Shown piece by piece: positions 51,300 to 64,000 of a stretch of 64,000 bases of DNA (position 1 is the first letter of the stretch; every line of letters starts with the position of its first letter). This DNA is from Dipteris shenzhenensis. Its lineage: Eukaryota. The notes beneath the pieces were generated by a model. That model did not search any database and was not told the DNA's origin. It saw only the letters and a list, made by a program, of their open reading frames with translations. The DNA lies in assembly GCA_047967505.1 (NCBI GenBank), contig CM106538.1. One strand, given 5' to 3'. The position numbers were made by a program, and so were the translations under genes.

Positions 51300-51740
51300 T
51301 GGCTCTTCCTTCTACCAGGCTATCTTGACTCCATAAGGGTAATCTCAGGTGGTGTAGATGTGGGGTGGTTTGGAGTCTGTACTCTTGCCTCATGTGAGGT
51401 GTTTTGAGTGCTTGTCATGTATGTATATAACTCCCATGGAGTGGGACGGTGCCCCAAAATGTTATATAATTGCTGCAAGAAGGCATCTCGAGGATCAAGC
51501 AACCCTTCTAAAGAGCTTCTTGGCCACATGATGAACTGCACCGAAGAAGAGAAGAAGAGAAGAAGAGAAGAGTAGAGAAGAAAACAGAAGAAAGAAAGAA
51601 GATAAGAAGATAAGAAGAGCAGAGAAGAAAAGAGAAAAAAGAGAAGAGAAGAGAATAAGAGTAATAAGAGAAAGAAGAAGAATAGGATAGAATAGAAGAG
51701 CAAAAAACAAAGAAGAAAACAAAGGAAGAGAAGAGGAGAT
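51300..51740 (-). mobile_element. Fragment of a family B-related ORF2 5' end
   Basis: MWPRSS...LYNILGH...ELYTYM...QTPNHPT resembles 44621 onward; same pyrimidine-rich upstream tract. Confidence 0.7.
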
Positions 51741-51859
51741 TATCCATATATGGGATCCAAATGGCTCATGTTATCCTTGACAATTTGGATGATCCGAGTG
51801 AATACCTCGGTTCTAAGCCATTTGAGGCTCAAAACCTATAGGACTACCTCGATCTTGAG

Positions 51860-52560
51860 TCCATCAACGAGTAGAGCCGCATACTCTTCGACATCCTAAT
51901 TGCCTTACTCCAAGATCCACAATCCCTGAAGAGTTTGTGGAATCATATTCTTGTTGTGAAATCACCTCAGGAATGTGACTTTGATAGCATCGTAGGTGGT
52001 GTTCAATGATATGTAAGGTATTCTGCCAACCACCTTGATGCCTTCCCCTCCAAAGTAGACTCAAACGCCGCTTCCTTCTGCACCGCATCTACAACACCTA
52101 ATATGGTGAATGTGTATATCTTGTCGAGCTACCAGACATGTGCATCCAGATCATCTCTAGCTTTCCCCAAAATTTTAGTGTACTTGATATTAGTACAGTT
52201 GCCATGGGTACCGCAATGACCGGAACAACATGAACAACTGAAACAACTGGAACAACTGGCACAACCAAAACAACGGGAACCTATCCACCTTTTGCAATCG
52301 AGGACTGTTGAGTTGTGAGCAAACCTTGCACCACCGACATTGCTTGCCTCACAGTCGGTGAGGATGGTGCACTCAACACTCTCTGGTCTTCGAGAATAGA
52401 ACGTAAAGCAAGCACCAAATGCAAACATCGCCTTACGCTTGGTAGAGTAACCTCACCTCTTCTTGTGGGATTCTCTAGCTCCCCTTGGGTATCATCATGC
52501 TCCAGAGTGCCTCCATCTTTGTTCTCCCGGTTCTATTGAACCTCTCCTTGCTCTAGAGAA
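51860..52560 (-). pseudogene. Possible Gypsy gag relic
   Basis: GKARDDLDAHV and a downstream LEGKASRWL-like frame; heavily decayed. Confidence 0.4.
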
Positions 52561-53447
52561 TCCCTACTAGCAAAAATGGGCCACCTAGGCTGTCAGTGCA
52601 TCCTTATTGTTGGAACTAGGGGATCTAGAGGTCTTGCAACCATGTTTGCATGCATGTTGTTGGTTAGTTCTACTATTCCGCTGGACATACATTGAACTTT
52701 GGCCTGCAAGTGCCAAATCTACCACACTAGTGCATCGATGAGGCGCAAATCACAAAATCGGGTGTCTTGCAGTTTTGTCTTCATAGAAAACAACTCCATT
52801 ACCACCTCACAAATCTATTGTTGCTTGCTCACAATGCTCACTTGAAGTTTGGCTATAAAAACCATAGGTCACGATTGAATCAGATGTCACCCCACTCAAC
52901 AATGCGGGCACGAGCAGTTCTACATGGAGATATGCACCCACTCAACATAAGTAGAAAGGTGAAATTGTGGTCTGTTAATGTGTAACACCATAAGTGGAGG
53001 GCGCTATGGGATACACTGAACACATACTCATGCAGATAGGAATATGCAGAGACTCAGAATGTGGAAAGACTTACAACTTTGCGAATTTACAAGTGCATGA
53101 ATAGACACCATAGAATAATGTCCCAAGAGATACCGGTCACATGAATATACGTGCAGTTGCAAATGCCATCCATTTGCAGTTGCAGATACTTGCACCTCTA
53201 GGGATCCACGCTAACTCTGTAGTAACCCTGCGCACTGTTAATTCCTTAACAACTCGAATGAAGCCAAGGAAGGTGGCTACAAGTTATTGTGTCAAGAGGG
53301 AAGAGCCTCTGAGAAAGAAGCTATTTGGGTCGTCGAACATGTACTGGGCCCATGCTTCTGGTGGATTGACGTTCAAATACACTAGGGCTAACAAAGTTCT
53401 CTACACCTTCTATATGGGTAGTGTAGTAATAGAATTAGTTGGGCTTA

Positions 53448-53894
53448 GGCTGTTTACACACCAAAGGGCGCCCAGGGTTGGGTGGCCGTTTGAACCAATA
53501 GAAATCCATAATTGAAGGTTTGGGTGGGCACCTCTTTACACATACAGTGCCTAAGCTTAGACCTTTTGATCCAACATGGAGTCCATGTCATGCCCTAAGA
53601 AAGGCCTTCCTTGGGTAGCCAAGCTTCGCTGCCCACACCGATGGGCAGGCTGGATTCATCCAATCACCATCACAATTTGGGTCCCCCGGCTCCACGCCTA
53701 TCTAGTCCCTCATTTTAACAAAAGGGCTTTGTACTTGGGCAGTGTGTAAAAGGGGTGCCCATCGGTGGGCATCCATTTTTTTATGATTTCACAATGGGCA
53801 GCCGGTGTGTAAGGAGAGGTGCCCATTCCAACCCGCCCATGAATGTTTTTGGGTGCCCACACTTTAGGCACCCCTTAGCGATTTGTAAACAACC
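53448..53894. mobile_element. Tourist-like (PIF/Harbinger) MITE, 447 bp
   Basis: TIR GGCTGTTTACA / TGTAAACAACC (10 of 11 match); TTA TSD on both sides; GGGCAC/GTGCCC internal repeats. Confidence 0.8.
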
Positions 53895-55604
53895 TTAGTT
53901 AGCTAGTCATAATTATGACTCCCAATATCTTATTGGAACATATAAGTGGCTACTGTGCTCCAATTTCTACTGGAGTGGTCTCAAACAAACTGGGGCATCA
54001 CATTGACATACCATTAGAACTTCTACCAATCTTTGGAGTTCCTCTCACACTATAATAGAGAAACAAGCATCAAGCCTTAAATCTTTGATGATTCCTGCCA
54101 GTGTAGCAGGAGTGCCCAAGAGCTGGTACCATAGAAAGTCTAGGGATTAGTAACCTAGAATGTACATTACTAGTGAGCTTATCTAATTCAAATGATATAG
54201 AGCACGTGTAAATGCATCCTATTATAATCGTGGAGACCAAAAATTGTGGGCGACTTCAAAATAGTCTTATTCCTGAGTATCATGAAGAGTAAATGTATAT
54301 ACATGTCTAGGTCGAGAAATTTTGGCAGCGTCCTTCCTTGGCTATTAACAGCAAAAGTATGCTCTGTGTGCCATGAGAGCTTCCTTTGTTGCATAAGGAA
54401 GAAATGTTGAATAGCCTTCAAACAAAAACAATGAGAAAGGAAACTATGATCAATTTCTACGCTAATGTTTGAGGCCAAGGCCTTAATGCTACTAGGGAGG
54501 TCTTACACCAAGTCATACCCTCCCATTGTTCAAAAGTGGGAGCTAATATTCATCGATCTTGGTTGTTCAATGCAAGAACTCATGGAGAAGTATGAACTCC
54601 ATGCTTTCCATTCATGAGGAGGAGATTGTGCATAAACTATGCACTGAGTCAAGGAAATAGCATCTCATTCCCTAAGGTGACATAAGAGAGGTGTAGGCAA
54701 ACGAGCGAAGTGAAATTGCCATATTGAACAAACAACTCACAATAACCTTCTCCAAAACATAATAAGCCCAATAGTCTGGCAGTCCAACCTATGATGGCTC
54801 CACAACTATCAGCGACCCTTTGTTTTGCAAACTTTGTAAAATTGTGAGTGCCTCCAATAACACTAACAGTCCCTCGAGTAGTGTGCTCCCATCCTCCAAA
54901 CTACCCTTGTCCTATAAGTATGCCCTTGAATCCCGAGTCAAGAAGCTCTACACACCTCCAACCATGTGTACTTTATCTATGTTCTCCCCTCTTTTCGAGA
55001 TAGTAAAGGAAGCACAGATTAATGGCTCGAAGGCACGAAATTCCAATCACGTTAACTTTTACAAATCTTCCACCAAAGGTTCTAAAAGGATATCCCATGG
55101 GGCAACAATGTATTCAAGCCTCTTGATGATGTATCCTCATCAATCATGCTTTAGATTACAAGACAGGCTTCAATAAATCATGGTCAATGCCTATATCATG
55201 TCCCATCAAAATCCCACCATCCAACATGGGTCTATCATACCTATACATGGGTAAGTGCACGTCAATAATTTAACTAAATTGTTGCATTCAACTATTCACT
55301 AAGGTGGAGCATTAACCATCTCCAAGTAGCTATCAATCATAAGGCTTCAATTTGTAATTGATATATACACGAAGTAACTATCAAAACTAGGTGTCTTCAA
55401 TGCATGGTGTAATTATGCCAATGCAAAGTGGTCCCACGTATAAATCATTCGGGTCTACTATTAAAGAGTGCCAAGTATAGAATCTTTCCAATCTTACCAT
55501 TGCCCAAAGACAAGGGGAACTTGCCAAAATAATTGTTGCAAGGGTCATCAAAGTGCTATAAACCCAAGAAACATAAGCATCCCCAAGGGGATGTGTGTGT
55601 GTGT

Positions 55605-55854
55605 TGTTGAGAAACCATGCTCAACATCATGACATTTTAATAATATGTGCATAGCACTAACCCAATAGAGTGCTATAAAGGAAAGGGTTAGATTCCCTAA
55701 CCCTAACCCTAAAAGGGTTTGTATATATTCTACATTTTCAACTAAATCTAGTGTACAGTTAGTCATTTGGGGTGTGCTCTCTAGATGTGCCCTGTGTGAA
55801 AAAGATTAGTTTCATTGTGTTCTAAGAGAAGAGAGAGAGACAGAGAGATAGAGT

Positions 55855-55897
<43 letters not shown>

Positions 55898-58800
55898 GTT
55901 GTTAGAGAAAGCGAGACTTTTAGGTCTTAATAGCACAAGGCAGCCAAATTCCAAGGACACGGGAATGCATCCACCAACGTGTCAAACATTCAGTTTGACA
56001 CGTGCCAAACATTTAGTATAATTACCGTCATAAGTTTGGACGAGGGAATACATCCACCAACATGTCAAACATTCAATGCAATTACTATCATAAGTTTGGA
56101 CACTATGAAAGAGATTGTCGCAAGAAGCAATACAATCGAGGGAATTTTCATAAAAGAGGAAATCATCGTGGTGGCCATTCCAGTCACAATCATTATGCCA
56201 ATGAACTTGAGAACATGTTTCATGCAAGCAAGGAAATCCAGAAGATTGAAATAGTGTACCTTGACACTGATTTCAATTTGAAAGGAAAATTTAGTTATCA
56301 AGTTGACCAAGCAGATCAGGATCTTTGGTGCATTGACAGTGATGCTATTAGATATCAATGCTCCACTCTGGTGTAACTACGCGGGAACCAGCTAACTCTA
56401 CTTGTAAGCCCCCCATATGAGGGGAAGGCATTTGAGTAGCTCGGTTATCCGGTAGGTCCTGTTTTGGACACCAGATGGGAGCCATGTGTGGCCTGATGGT
56501 TGGATGGCTTCAGATAGAGTTGGAACACAGCCAACTAGGCTACATGCAAGTGCGGGAAGGCATCCCTTGATTGACTGCACTGAGGGTAGATGGAGCATTT
56601 CCCGGGGCAGCCCACTCTCGGGTTGCGGGGCCCGTTTGGAGCCTCAGATGATCCCGGATGGCTCTTGGTCGAATGGAGCCCGTAGGTTAGTTGCTCTGTT
56701 TTGCGCACCGGTTCTATCGTATGGTCGATGGCCTATTTCGGGATCGACCCCTAGTCGACCGTTTTGGTGGATTGGGTCGGTCACCCAATTGAGCCTAACT
56801 GACTACGACTAGTGGCTATATAAGAGCAAGCCCGTGAAGCCCATTTCATCACTGGCTACAGCAACCCTGATTCCTTAGCATCCAGCCTCCGTCTTCTACT
56901 GTTTCCAGCACGCCATTGAAGCTTCTTTCACAGGAGCGCATGGTTGGGAGGCAGCACCATCTATTGTATCAGTTCTACAGTAATCAAATTTTTGATTCTC
57001 CATACTATCTTTTTTTCTCTCTTGTGTATGAGATCCTGTTATCTGTTGAGCACAGACGTATTATTTTCTTACAGATGCATCATCTCATATAACAAAGCAT
57101 CAGGAATGGTTCACAAAGATGAAACCATTAGAGGGTCAAAAGAATATTATCTACACTGCAGATAACACACCGAATCCAGTTCAAGGGAAAGACATTGTCC
57201 CTATGAACAATTTCATTGGTACAAAAGGATTGGTAAAAGATGTACTCTATGTTCTGAAACTCAGCAAGAACCTCTTATGAGTAGGTCAAATAACGGAACG
57301 CAACTACTGAGTCATCTTCAATGGAGAGGAATGCACTATCAAAGACAAATCTAGAGCAGCTAGTAGGAAAAGAAGTCAAGGAAGGACGCTTACTCAGTAT
57401 GCTAGCTTCAGTACCAGATTTTCATGCCATGTCAGCTCAATCGCAACAGATGCCACTTTTCGCAAAATGACGAGATATGGACATGTCAATTTCAAAAGCT
57501 TGATAGAGCTCCAAAAACAGAATATGGCAATTGAAATTCCAAAGATTCAGTTTTTTGGAAAAGGTTGCGAAGCATACTACTTCGGTAAACAAAAGCGAAC
57601 CAACTTTGACAGAAGCACCTCTCAAGCAAGAGGTATTCTTGATTTGATATATACAGATGTATGGGGTTATGCCCAGACCTGCAGCATTGATGGTTCACTT
57701 TACTACTTGACTTTCATCGACAACTACGGAAGATATTATTGGGTGAAAGAGAAATTTTAAGTCTTTTTCAAATTTTAAGAATTCAAAGCCATGGTAGAAA
57801 ACCAGACAGGCAGAAAGATCAAAGTCATGAGATCAAACAAAGGAGATGGATACATGTCTTCAGCATTTATGAATTTTTGCAAAAGTCATAGAATTCGAAG
57901 ATAATTCACTTGTGTAGATACCCCTCATCAGAATGCAAGAGCTAAAAGAAAGAATGGTACTTTAGCAGACAGTGCTAGAGCAATGCTCAGTGAGAAGCAT
58001 CTTCCGAATTAGTATTGGGCAGAAGCAATAACCACTACAAACTACTTACTTAATCGGCTTCCAACCGAACTGATTCAGGGTATGACACCTTATAAAGCAT
58101 TCAGTAGACATAAGCCACGCATTGGGCATCTCCGCATATTTGATTGCATAGCATATGTCCACATACATGACAATCATTACAGAAAATTGAATGCCAAGTC
58201 ACACAAATGCATCATGGTTGGCTATAGTGAAGAGAGAAAAGCATACAAGTTGTATGATCCCATCAACTGAAAGGTCGTTATCTCTAGAGATGTAATCTTG
58301 ATGAGGAATCAGAACAGAAAACATCAAAAACACAAGAGATAGACACATTGATTATACATTCATCTACAGAACAAGTTGATGAGGAAGAGCAAGAATTGCC
58401 AGAAGAACCCCAAGAAGAGCCATAACAACTCAGAGCGTCTACTAGGGAAAGCATACCTCCAGTCAGATTGACATATGCTCAGAAAGACAAAGCAATTCAG
58501 GTTGAAAACACCGACTATGCTCTTATGACTACCATCATGGCTACAGAAGAGCCAGTGTACTTCGAAGATGCAATTAACAAGCCAGAATAGCAAACCACTG
58601 TGAATAAAAAAATGGAAGCTTTGTACAAGAATAATACTCGGGAATTGTGCGACCTTCCACTAAGAAAGAAGGCCATAGCAAACAAAATGGGTATACAAAG
58701 TGAAGTACAATCCAGATGGAAGCATTGAAAGATACAAAGCTAGACTAGTTGCAAAAGGATTTGCACAACAATATGGTCAGGACTATAATGAGACATATGC

Positions 58801-60358
58801 TCTAGTAGCAATCCATACAGTTCTTGATATCACTAGCGACACTCAACAGATGGAATGTGTACCAGCTTGATGTCAAGAATACTTTTCTCAATGGTTACCT
58901 AGACGAGAAAGTCTACATGCAACAACCAGCAGGTTATGTTGAACCAGGAAAAGAGAATCACGTTTGCTATCTCAAGAAAAGTCTCTACGGCTTAAAGCAA
59001 GCACCCAGAAGTTGGTACAGCAGAATCGACAAGTATTTTGCTAATCTGGGATACATGAAATCCAATGCTAATCATACTCTCTACTACTCAAGAGGAAGAC
59101 ATTACTATTGTACTTTTGTACGTAGATGATCTGATTCTAACTGGAAGCAATGATAGCTTCATCAAAAAGTTGAAACAAGACTTACCTACAGAGTTCGACA
59201 TAAAAGATCTTGGACTTATGCACTATTGTCTTGGTATGGAATTCTAGCAAGATTCAGACAGCACCTTTATGAGTTAACTGAAATATGTTGACAGCCTCCT
59301 GAAGAAGTTTCATATGGTAGATTGCAAGATTGCAGCCAATCCCATGGAACAGAGTTTGAAACTTACAAAAGATTCAAAAAATCCTACCGTCAATGACATG
59401 TACTATCGACAGCTCATCGGATCTCTTATATATCTGACTGACTATCACACAGCCAAATATTTGTTATGCAGTAAGCTCACTAACACAGTTTATGACAAAT
59501 TAAAATCACTCACTGAAATGCAGCCAAAAGAGTCTTGAGATACATCATAGGTACAAGACATCTTGGGATAGAATTCAGAGAAAGTCATCCAAGGTTGCAT
59601 GGATACTGTGATAGTGACTATACTGGAGATCATGAGACCAGGAGATTGACGCAAGGATATGCATTTTTTCTAAGTCAAGGTGCTATATCATGGTTGTCAA
59701 AATGGCCAACTGTTTCTTTGTCTTCAACTGAAGTAGAATATAGAGCATTCACTACAAGTGCATGTGAGGCTATATGACTCAGAAGACTATTATCAAAAAC
59801 ATATTACTTTGATGAATCAAAGCCAACAATATACTGTGATAATCAATCGGCTCAAGCATTGCCCAAGAATCCAGTATATCACTCCAAGACAAAGCACATT
59901 GATGTCAAAGTGCACTTCATCAAAGAAAGAGTGTTACTTGGTGACATCACATTGTAGCATTGTGATAGCAAAGAAAATATTGTAGACATCTTTATTAAAC
60001 CACTCGGTAAAGATCTTTTCGAGAAGCACCGACAAGCTCTTGGTTACACGCAAGGGAAGGACATTCCCATTCAAGGAATGTGATGGAATATAATGCTCAG
60101 TCCTTCTTCGATTCTCCAAAATTATCATCTTGAGGGAAGACCTACTTCATGATGTTGATCTTAAGGAAAGGTGTTGAGAAACCATGCTCAACATCATGCG
60201 ATCATATGTGCATAGCACTAACCCAATAGAGTGCTATAAAGGAAATGATTAGATGCCCTAGCCCTAACCCTAAAAGGATTTATATATATTCTACATTTTC
60301 AACTAAATCTAGTATACAGTTAGTCATTTGTGGTGTGCTCTCTAGTTGTGCCCTATGT
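55605..60358 (+). mobile_element. Decayed Copia LTR retrotransposon
   Basis: Direct repeats from 55605 and 60172 (TGTTGAGAAACC, about 190 bp shared); PPT; knuckle remnant, WCIDSD, DLIYTDVWG, YVDDL, GYCDSD in Copia order; many stops; LTR 3' ends unresolved. Confidence 0.9.
56346..57073 (+). mobile_element. Solo LTR-like insertion in the Copia protease motif
   Basis: 5-bp TSD GATGC; ends in ACA; internal CTATATAAG; removal restores WCIDSDA|SSH. Confidence 0.8.
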
Positions 60359-60899
60359 CCTCATCTCCACTCTTCTCCTCTTCCTTCTTTATATTTTGTC
60401 ATGTGTGTGCATGTGTGTTTTTATATATATATATATATGCCTGCGCGTGTATGTGTGCGTGCGCATACATACATACATACATATTTATTTATTTATTTAT
60501 TTATTTATATATAGAGAAAGAGAGAGATGCATACAACCTTAGGGTTGAGCCTCCTATTTGTGTCTTATATCTTGTGCCATTCACAATGATTATCTGTCAT
60601 ATGTTTTCTATGTTTTCTTTTATTGGTGTAACCAATAAATTGTGAGTTCTTTCCTTATGAAAGGATAAGGTGCCATTGGATTATGTGACTAATAAGTAGA
60701 ATATATGTCACCTTACGTGATTTGAATTATCAAATCCGATGAATGCCACACGTGTCTTCCTATATATGATGTTACACATAAGAATAATCATGGAAGATTT
60801 TTTTTGAAGTTTGGATCATATTGTTTTATCTTGCATTGTTAATTATAGTTTGCATGCATGTGCGTGTTCTTGAAAGGACAACCTTTGAAATAGGCGACC

Positions 60900-63100
60900 A
60901 CTAAACACATGTAGGAGGAACCGACCATGAGAGACCATGTCCATGTCCATTTGAAAGGAAGAAACCTCTCCATGGCTTGTACATGTGCCAATTGAAAGTT
61001 GTGACTATTTGTCAAGTTGTGTATTAAGCTCTCTATGATTGAGTTCTCAAAGTAGGTGGTGGTGCCCCTAAGAGGCACACATATCAAGGCAATGTAATAT
61101 GAGGGATTGCATCCCCATTGCCCATTAGTGAAGTAACTAATATGGTCATGATGCAATGATGTATCATCCATGTGCATAATCACTTGTATTACTTGGTTAA
61201 GCAAGAGCGCAAGAGCTCATGAAATAAAGTTTTTCTACATAATGACGCATGACCCATCATTTAAGTCTATCTTAAAACAATGCAAATCATGTATTAGCAT
61301 GACTCAAAATGAAGTTGCTAGCTAGGGTTAGGGGTTGTGGGCAATCATAAATATCAACTAAACCCCCCCTTTTCATGGCCCATTGAGGGCCTAGTCGCCA
61401 AGTAAAATCTGTCCAATTTCTCTTGGAGTCCATCATGTCGGCGCAGCCTAAAAAGAGAGATTGAGACTCCTTGGTGCCTTGGAAAACTCATCCTCTCAAT
61501 AGATCACTGCCACTGTTGAACCACAACCACGTCTATCACTAGGGAAGCAATCTAGAATGTGGCCATTTGTGATCCACAACTCTGGACCCACCCATCCCAT
61601 CCACTCCAAAACCTCCATTATTTGGGCCTTCAACATAAGGTCAAAGAGAATCGCAGACCTTTGCTTCTATCGCCACAAAGTTGAAGCCCAGGAGAATGGG
61701 CGGTGGAGGTGTTCCCCTTCAAGGGCTACAGTATCAAGACTGAGATCTCTGGGGCGAGAAAGTACTCTTCAATATGTCAGTGTATTTCCAAGGCCTTAGG
61801 AATGCCATAACTCTTGTGGAGTGGCTGGGCAGGGCTTGTGCCTTGGCAACTAAAATAGGAGTCGAATCTACGGGAAATATTGAGCTAGAACTTGAAGAGG
61901 AGGAGCTCGATGAAGCCTGGGCAAGGCTCTGAGCGGTGAAGCGAGGAAGAGTAAGGGGCTGGCAAAGGAGTGAAGTTAGAGAGCTTCCCCCCATTGGCTG
62001 GTGGCTCTGGGGAAGCGCCACTAGCAGGCTCACAGTGAGGCCCCATTATGAAAGGATGCTGACTCAGCTGTGAGCTCTGGCAGTCAAACACCAGCGACAC
62101 GGGGGGCACAGATTTCATTAGAAGCCTTCCCTGCCCAGTGGGCAGACTCCCCAGCGTTAACCGGGACGTGGGGAGGTCCTCTTAGGAGGGAAGATCGGGC
62201 GAGGATGAGCGAGGGCGCAAGCTAGGAGGCCAGGACGGAGGAGGTTTCCTGGTGCTATTTGAAACTATGCCAATGGAACTTGCTATGTGTATCTTTAGGC
62301 ATCACCTCTAGAGAAAGATCGAATAACTCCTCCCCTTTTGGAAACCGCACGTAAGCACCTCCAAACGCGCTCCCTATGGGGAGGCCTCTAGTTCAGATCC
62401 CATCCTCACCTATGGGCCCCGCCTCCTACTATTCTTTCTTGTGCACTTGCGAATGTTATTGCTCTCCAACGCTAGTTCAAATCCCCTCCAAAGGAACAAC
62501 CCATGGGATTTACAACAGAGTTGGAGGGGGGGATGGAGAGGGAACGGCTTGCCAAACAAGGGTAAGCCCTCACCAAATGGCTATTCTATCTGCAGCATAG
62601 GCACTCCCTAGTAGACCTGAAACTACAAAGCATTGCCTGAAGACACCTCCAACCAAAGTCTCTAGAAGTACCTTCACTCGTAGGGTATATGGGTCATTTA
62701 CGAGCAACCGCACCTCCAACTCTCCTTCGTCTGAGAGTACAGAGATTGCTATGGTTGGTGTCTCAGAGTATAGTGCCAAAATAGGCCCCAATAGAAGACA
62801 AGGTGGATCTAACTTAGAAGCGCAGCGTAATGGGATACCTCGACATGTGATGTGTCGCCTCCATATCATCCCTTGTGAAACTGTGGTAACAAGGGATGAA
62901 GAAAACCAAATGAGGTCCACGGTAAAACTGGGCTCTGCTCCACCAAGGCCTGAGTGATGTCCAAGGAGCTAAACTAGAGTAGAAAAACAAACTTCCCGTA
63001 GATGATGATGTCATGGGATCACCTTCCAAGCCTAAACTCGCCAAGACCCAACATCAAGTGGCGATAAGGGCAACAACTCGCCCCCAACTACTTGATCTTG
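60900..63100 (-). mobile_element. Possible decayed LINE (ORF1 and endonuclease region)
   Basis: KLDRFY near 61410 and a HSTR...VALEGEH-like stretch resemble an APE endonuclease; boundaries approximate. Confidence 0.4.
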
Positions 63101-63464
63101 AAGGGAGAGGATAGCTTTCTGCAACTATTGTTTGTCCTCGAGGGGAAGGAAGATCTAGATGGTTGAGTGTGTGAAGGGCATTGCCATGTGAGCCCATACA
63201 GCCACCAAAAAGGTCACCTTCTAGGTCACCACACCTTTGTCAAACAAAACCACCATCTACTAGCAAGAGAAAGAGGTGGGCAATGGAATTCCATGAAGAC
63301 ATGAATGTGGTTTGCACATCAGACAAGAAAAAGTTTGCTACTCTCTTCAAAGGATACTCGTGGCTGCAGGACAATCATCACAACCTTGAGAATTTTTTAA
63401 ACACGTGTGGTCCCCTTGGTTGCAGCCAGCTCATTGCTGTATCCACTTTCTCTGACTATTGAAC

Positions 63465-63715
63465 GTCTCATGACATGCAATGCAATTTGAGACATACCCT
63501 CCCTCCTGCATTTGGAGAGATATTCAGGCTTTTCCATGTATATCTTTGCTCTTATGTCTCATGATATGCCATGCGACTTTGGGACATACCTCCCCCCTGC
63601 ATTTGGACAGGTATTTTAGAGTTTCCATGCATTATCAAACATGCCTCATGACATGCAAGGAACATTGGGACATGACCCTCCTGCATTTTGAAAGATATTC
63701 TGGCTTTTCAATGTA
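63465..63715. repeat. Three degenerate ~85-bp tandem units downstream of the PPR stop
   Basis: CTCATGA...GACAT...CCTCC...CTGCATTT...TATT repeated three times. Confidence 0.7.
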
Positions 63716-63756
63716 TAGCTTTTGCCAACCACAAAACTATGCACAATCCTGTAAAC

Positions 63757-63999
63757 TTAAGTCTGACCTGCCCTGCCCTCTTCCATGATTGTTCTCATTG
63801 CCTCAACCTTCTTCTCATCCTCCTGCATCTGAGCATCTGCATAGATGTTAGCCATCAAGACATAAGCTGCATCATCCTTCCCATCCAATTGCACTGCATG
63901 TTGAAAGGCCCGTCTTCCAAGCTCAACATTACCCCACTGTCGACAAGCACCCAATACTGTATGCCAAACTGAAAGATTAGGTTGAAAAGGCATCTGCTC
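63757..63999 (-). CDS. C-terminus of a PLS-class pentatricopeptide repeat protein (E domain); gene continues beyond the window
   Basis: MPFQPNLSVWHTVLGACRQWGNVELGRRAF...DAAYVLMANIYA is a typical E1/E2 motif. Confidence 0.88.
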   Translation of the reverse strand, partial: EQMPFQPNLSVWHTVLGACRQWGNVELGRRAFQHAVQLDGKDDAAYVLMANIYADAQMQEDEKKVEAMRTIMEEGRAGQT

Positions 64000-64000
64000 G

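Noticed and set aside
54180-55250. Possible retroelement pol or RNase H remnants
   Set aside because: Too decayed to identify any diagnostic motif by eye.

Overview
Repeat-dominated plant nuclear DNA, probably from a fern (inferred from the style of the PLS-PPR C-terminus). It holds one apparently intact host gene, a 9-exon CYP88A-type ent-kaurenoic acid oxidase (KAO, + strand, 29405-38562, about 486 aa), whose introns carry three small LTR elements, and the 3' end of a PPR gene at the right edge. The left 25 kb is a nested stack of CACTA-superfamily transposons. An apparently intact 11 kb element (9700-20751, TSD AAA) sits inside a deleted copy of its own family (6513-24058, TSD TAT). That copy sits in the transposase of a second family whose termini read CACAA instead of CACTA. 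The CACAA family repeats the self-nesting at 38956-47030 (inner copy 40282-46666, TSD TTT). Both families place the TnpD transposase and a second gene head-to-head, with palindromic repeat arrays at both ends and between the two genes. Also present: a 246-bp CTC...GAG MITE with 8-bp TSDs, a decayed Sola2-like transposase, hAT BED-finger relics, a Tourist-like MITE, and decayed Copia, Gypsy and LINE sequence. All calls come from reading the sequence by eye; no database search was run.
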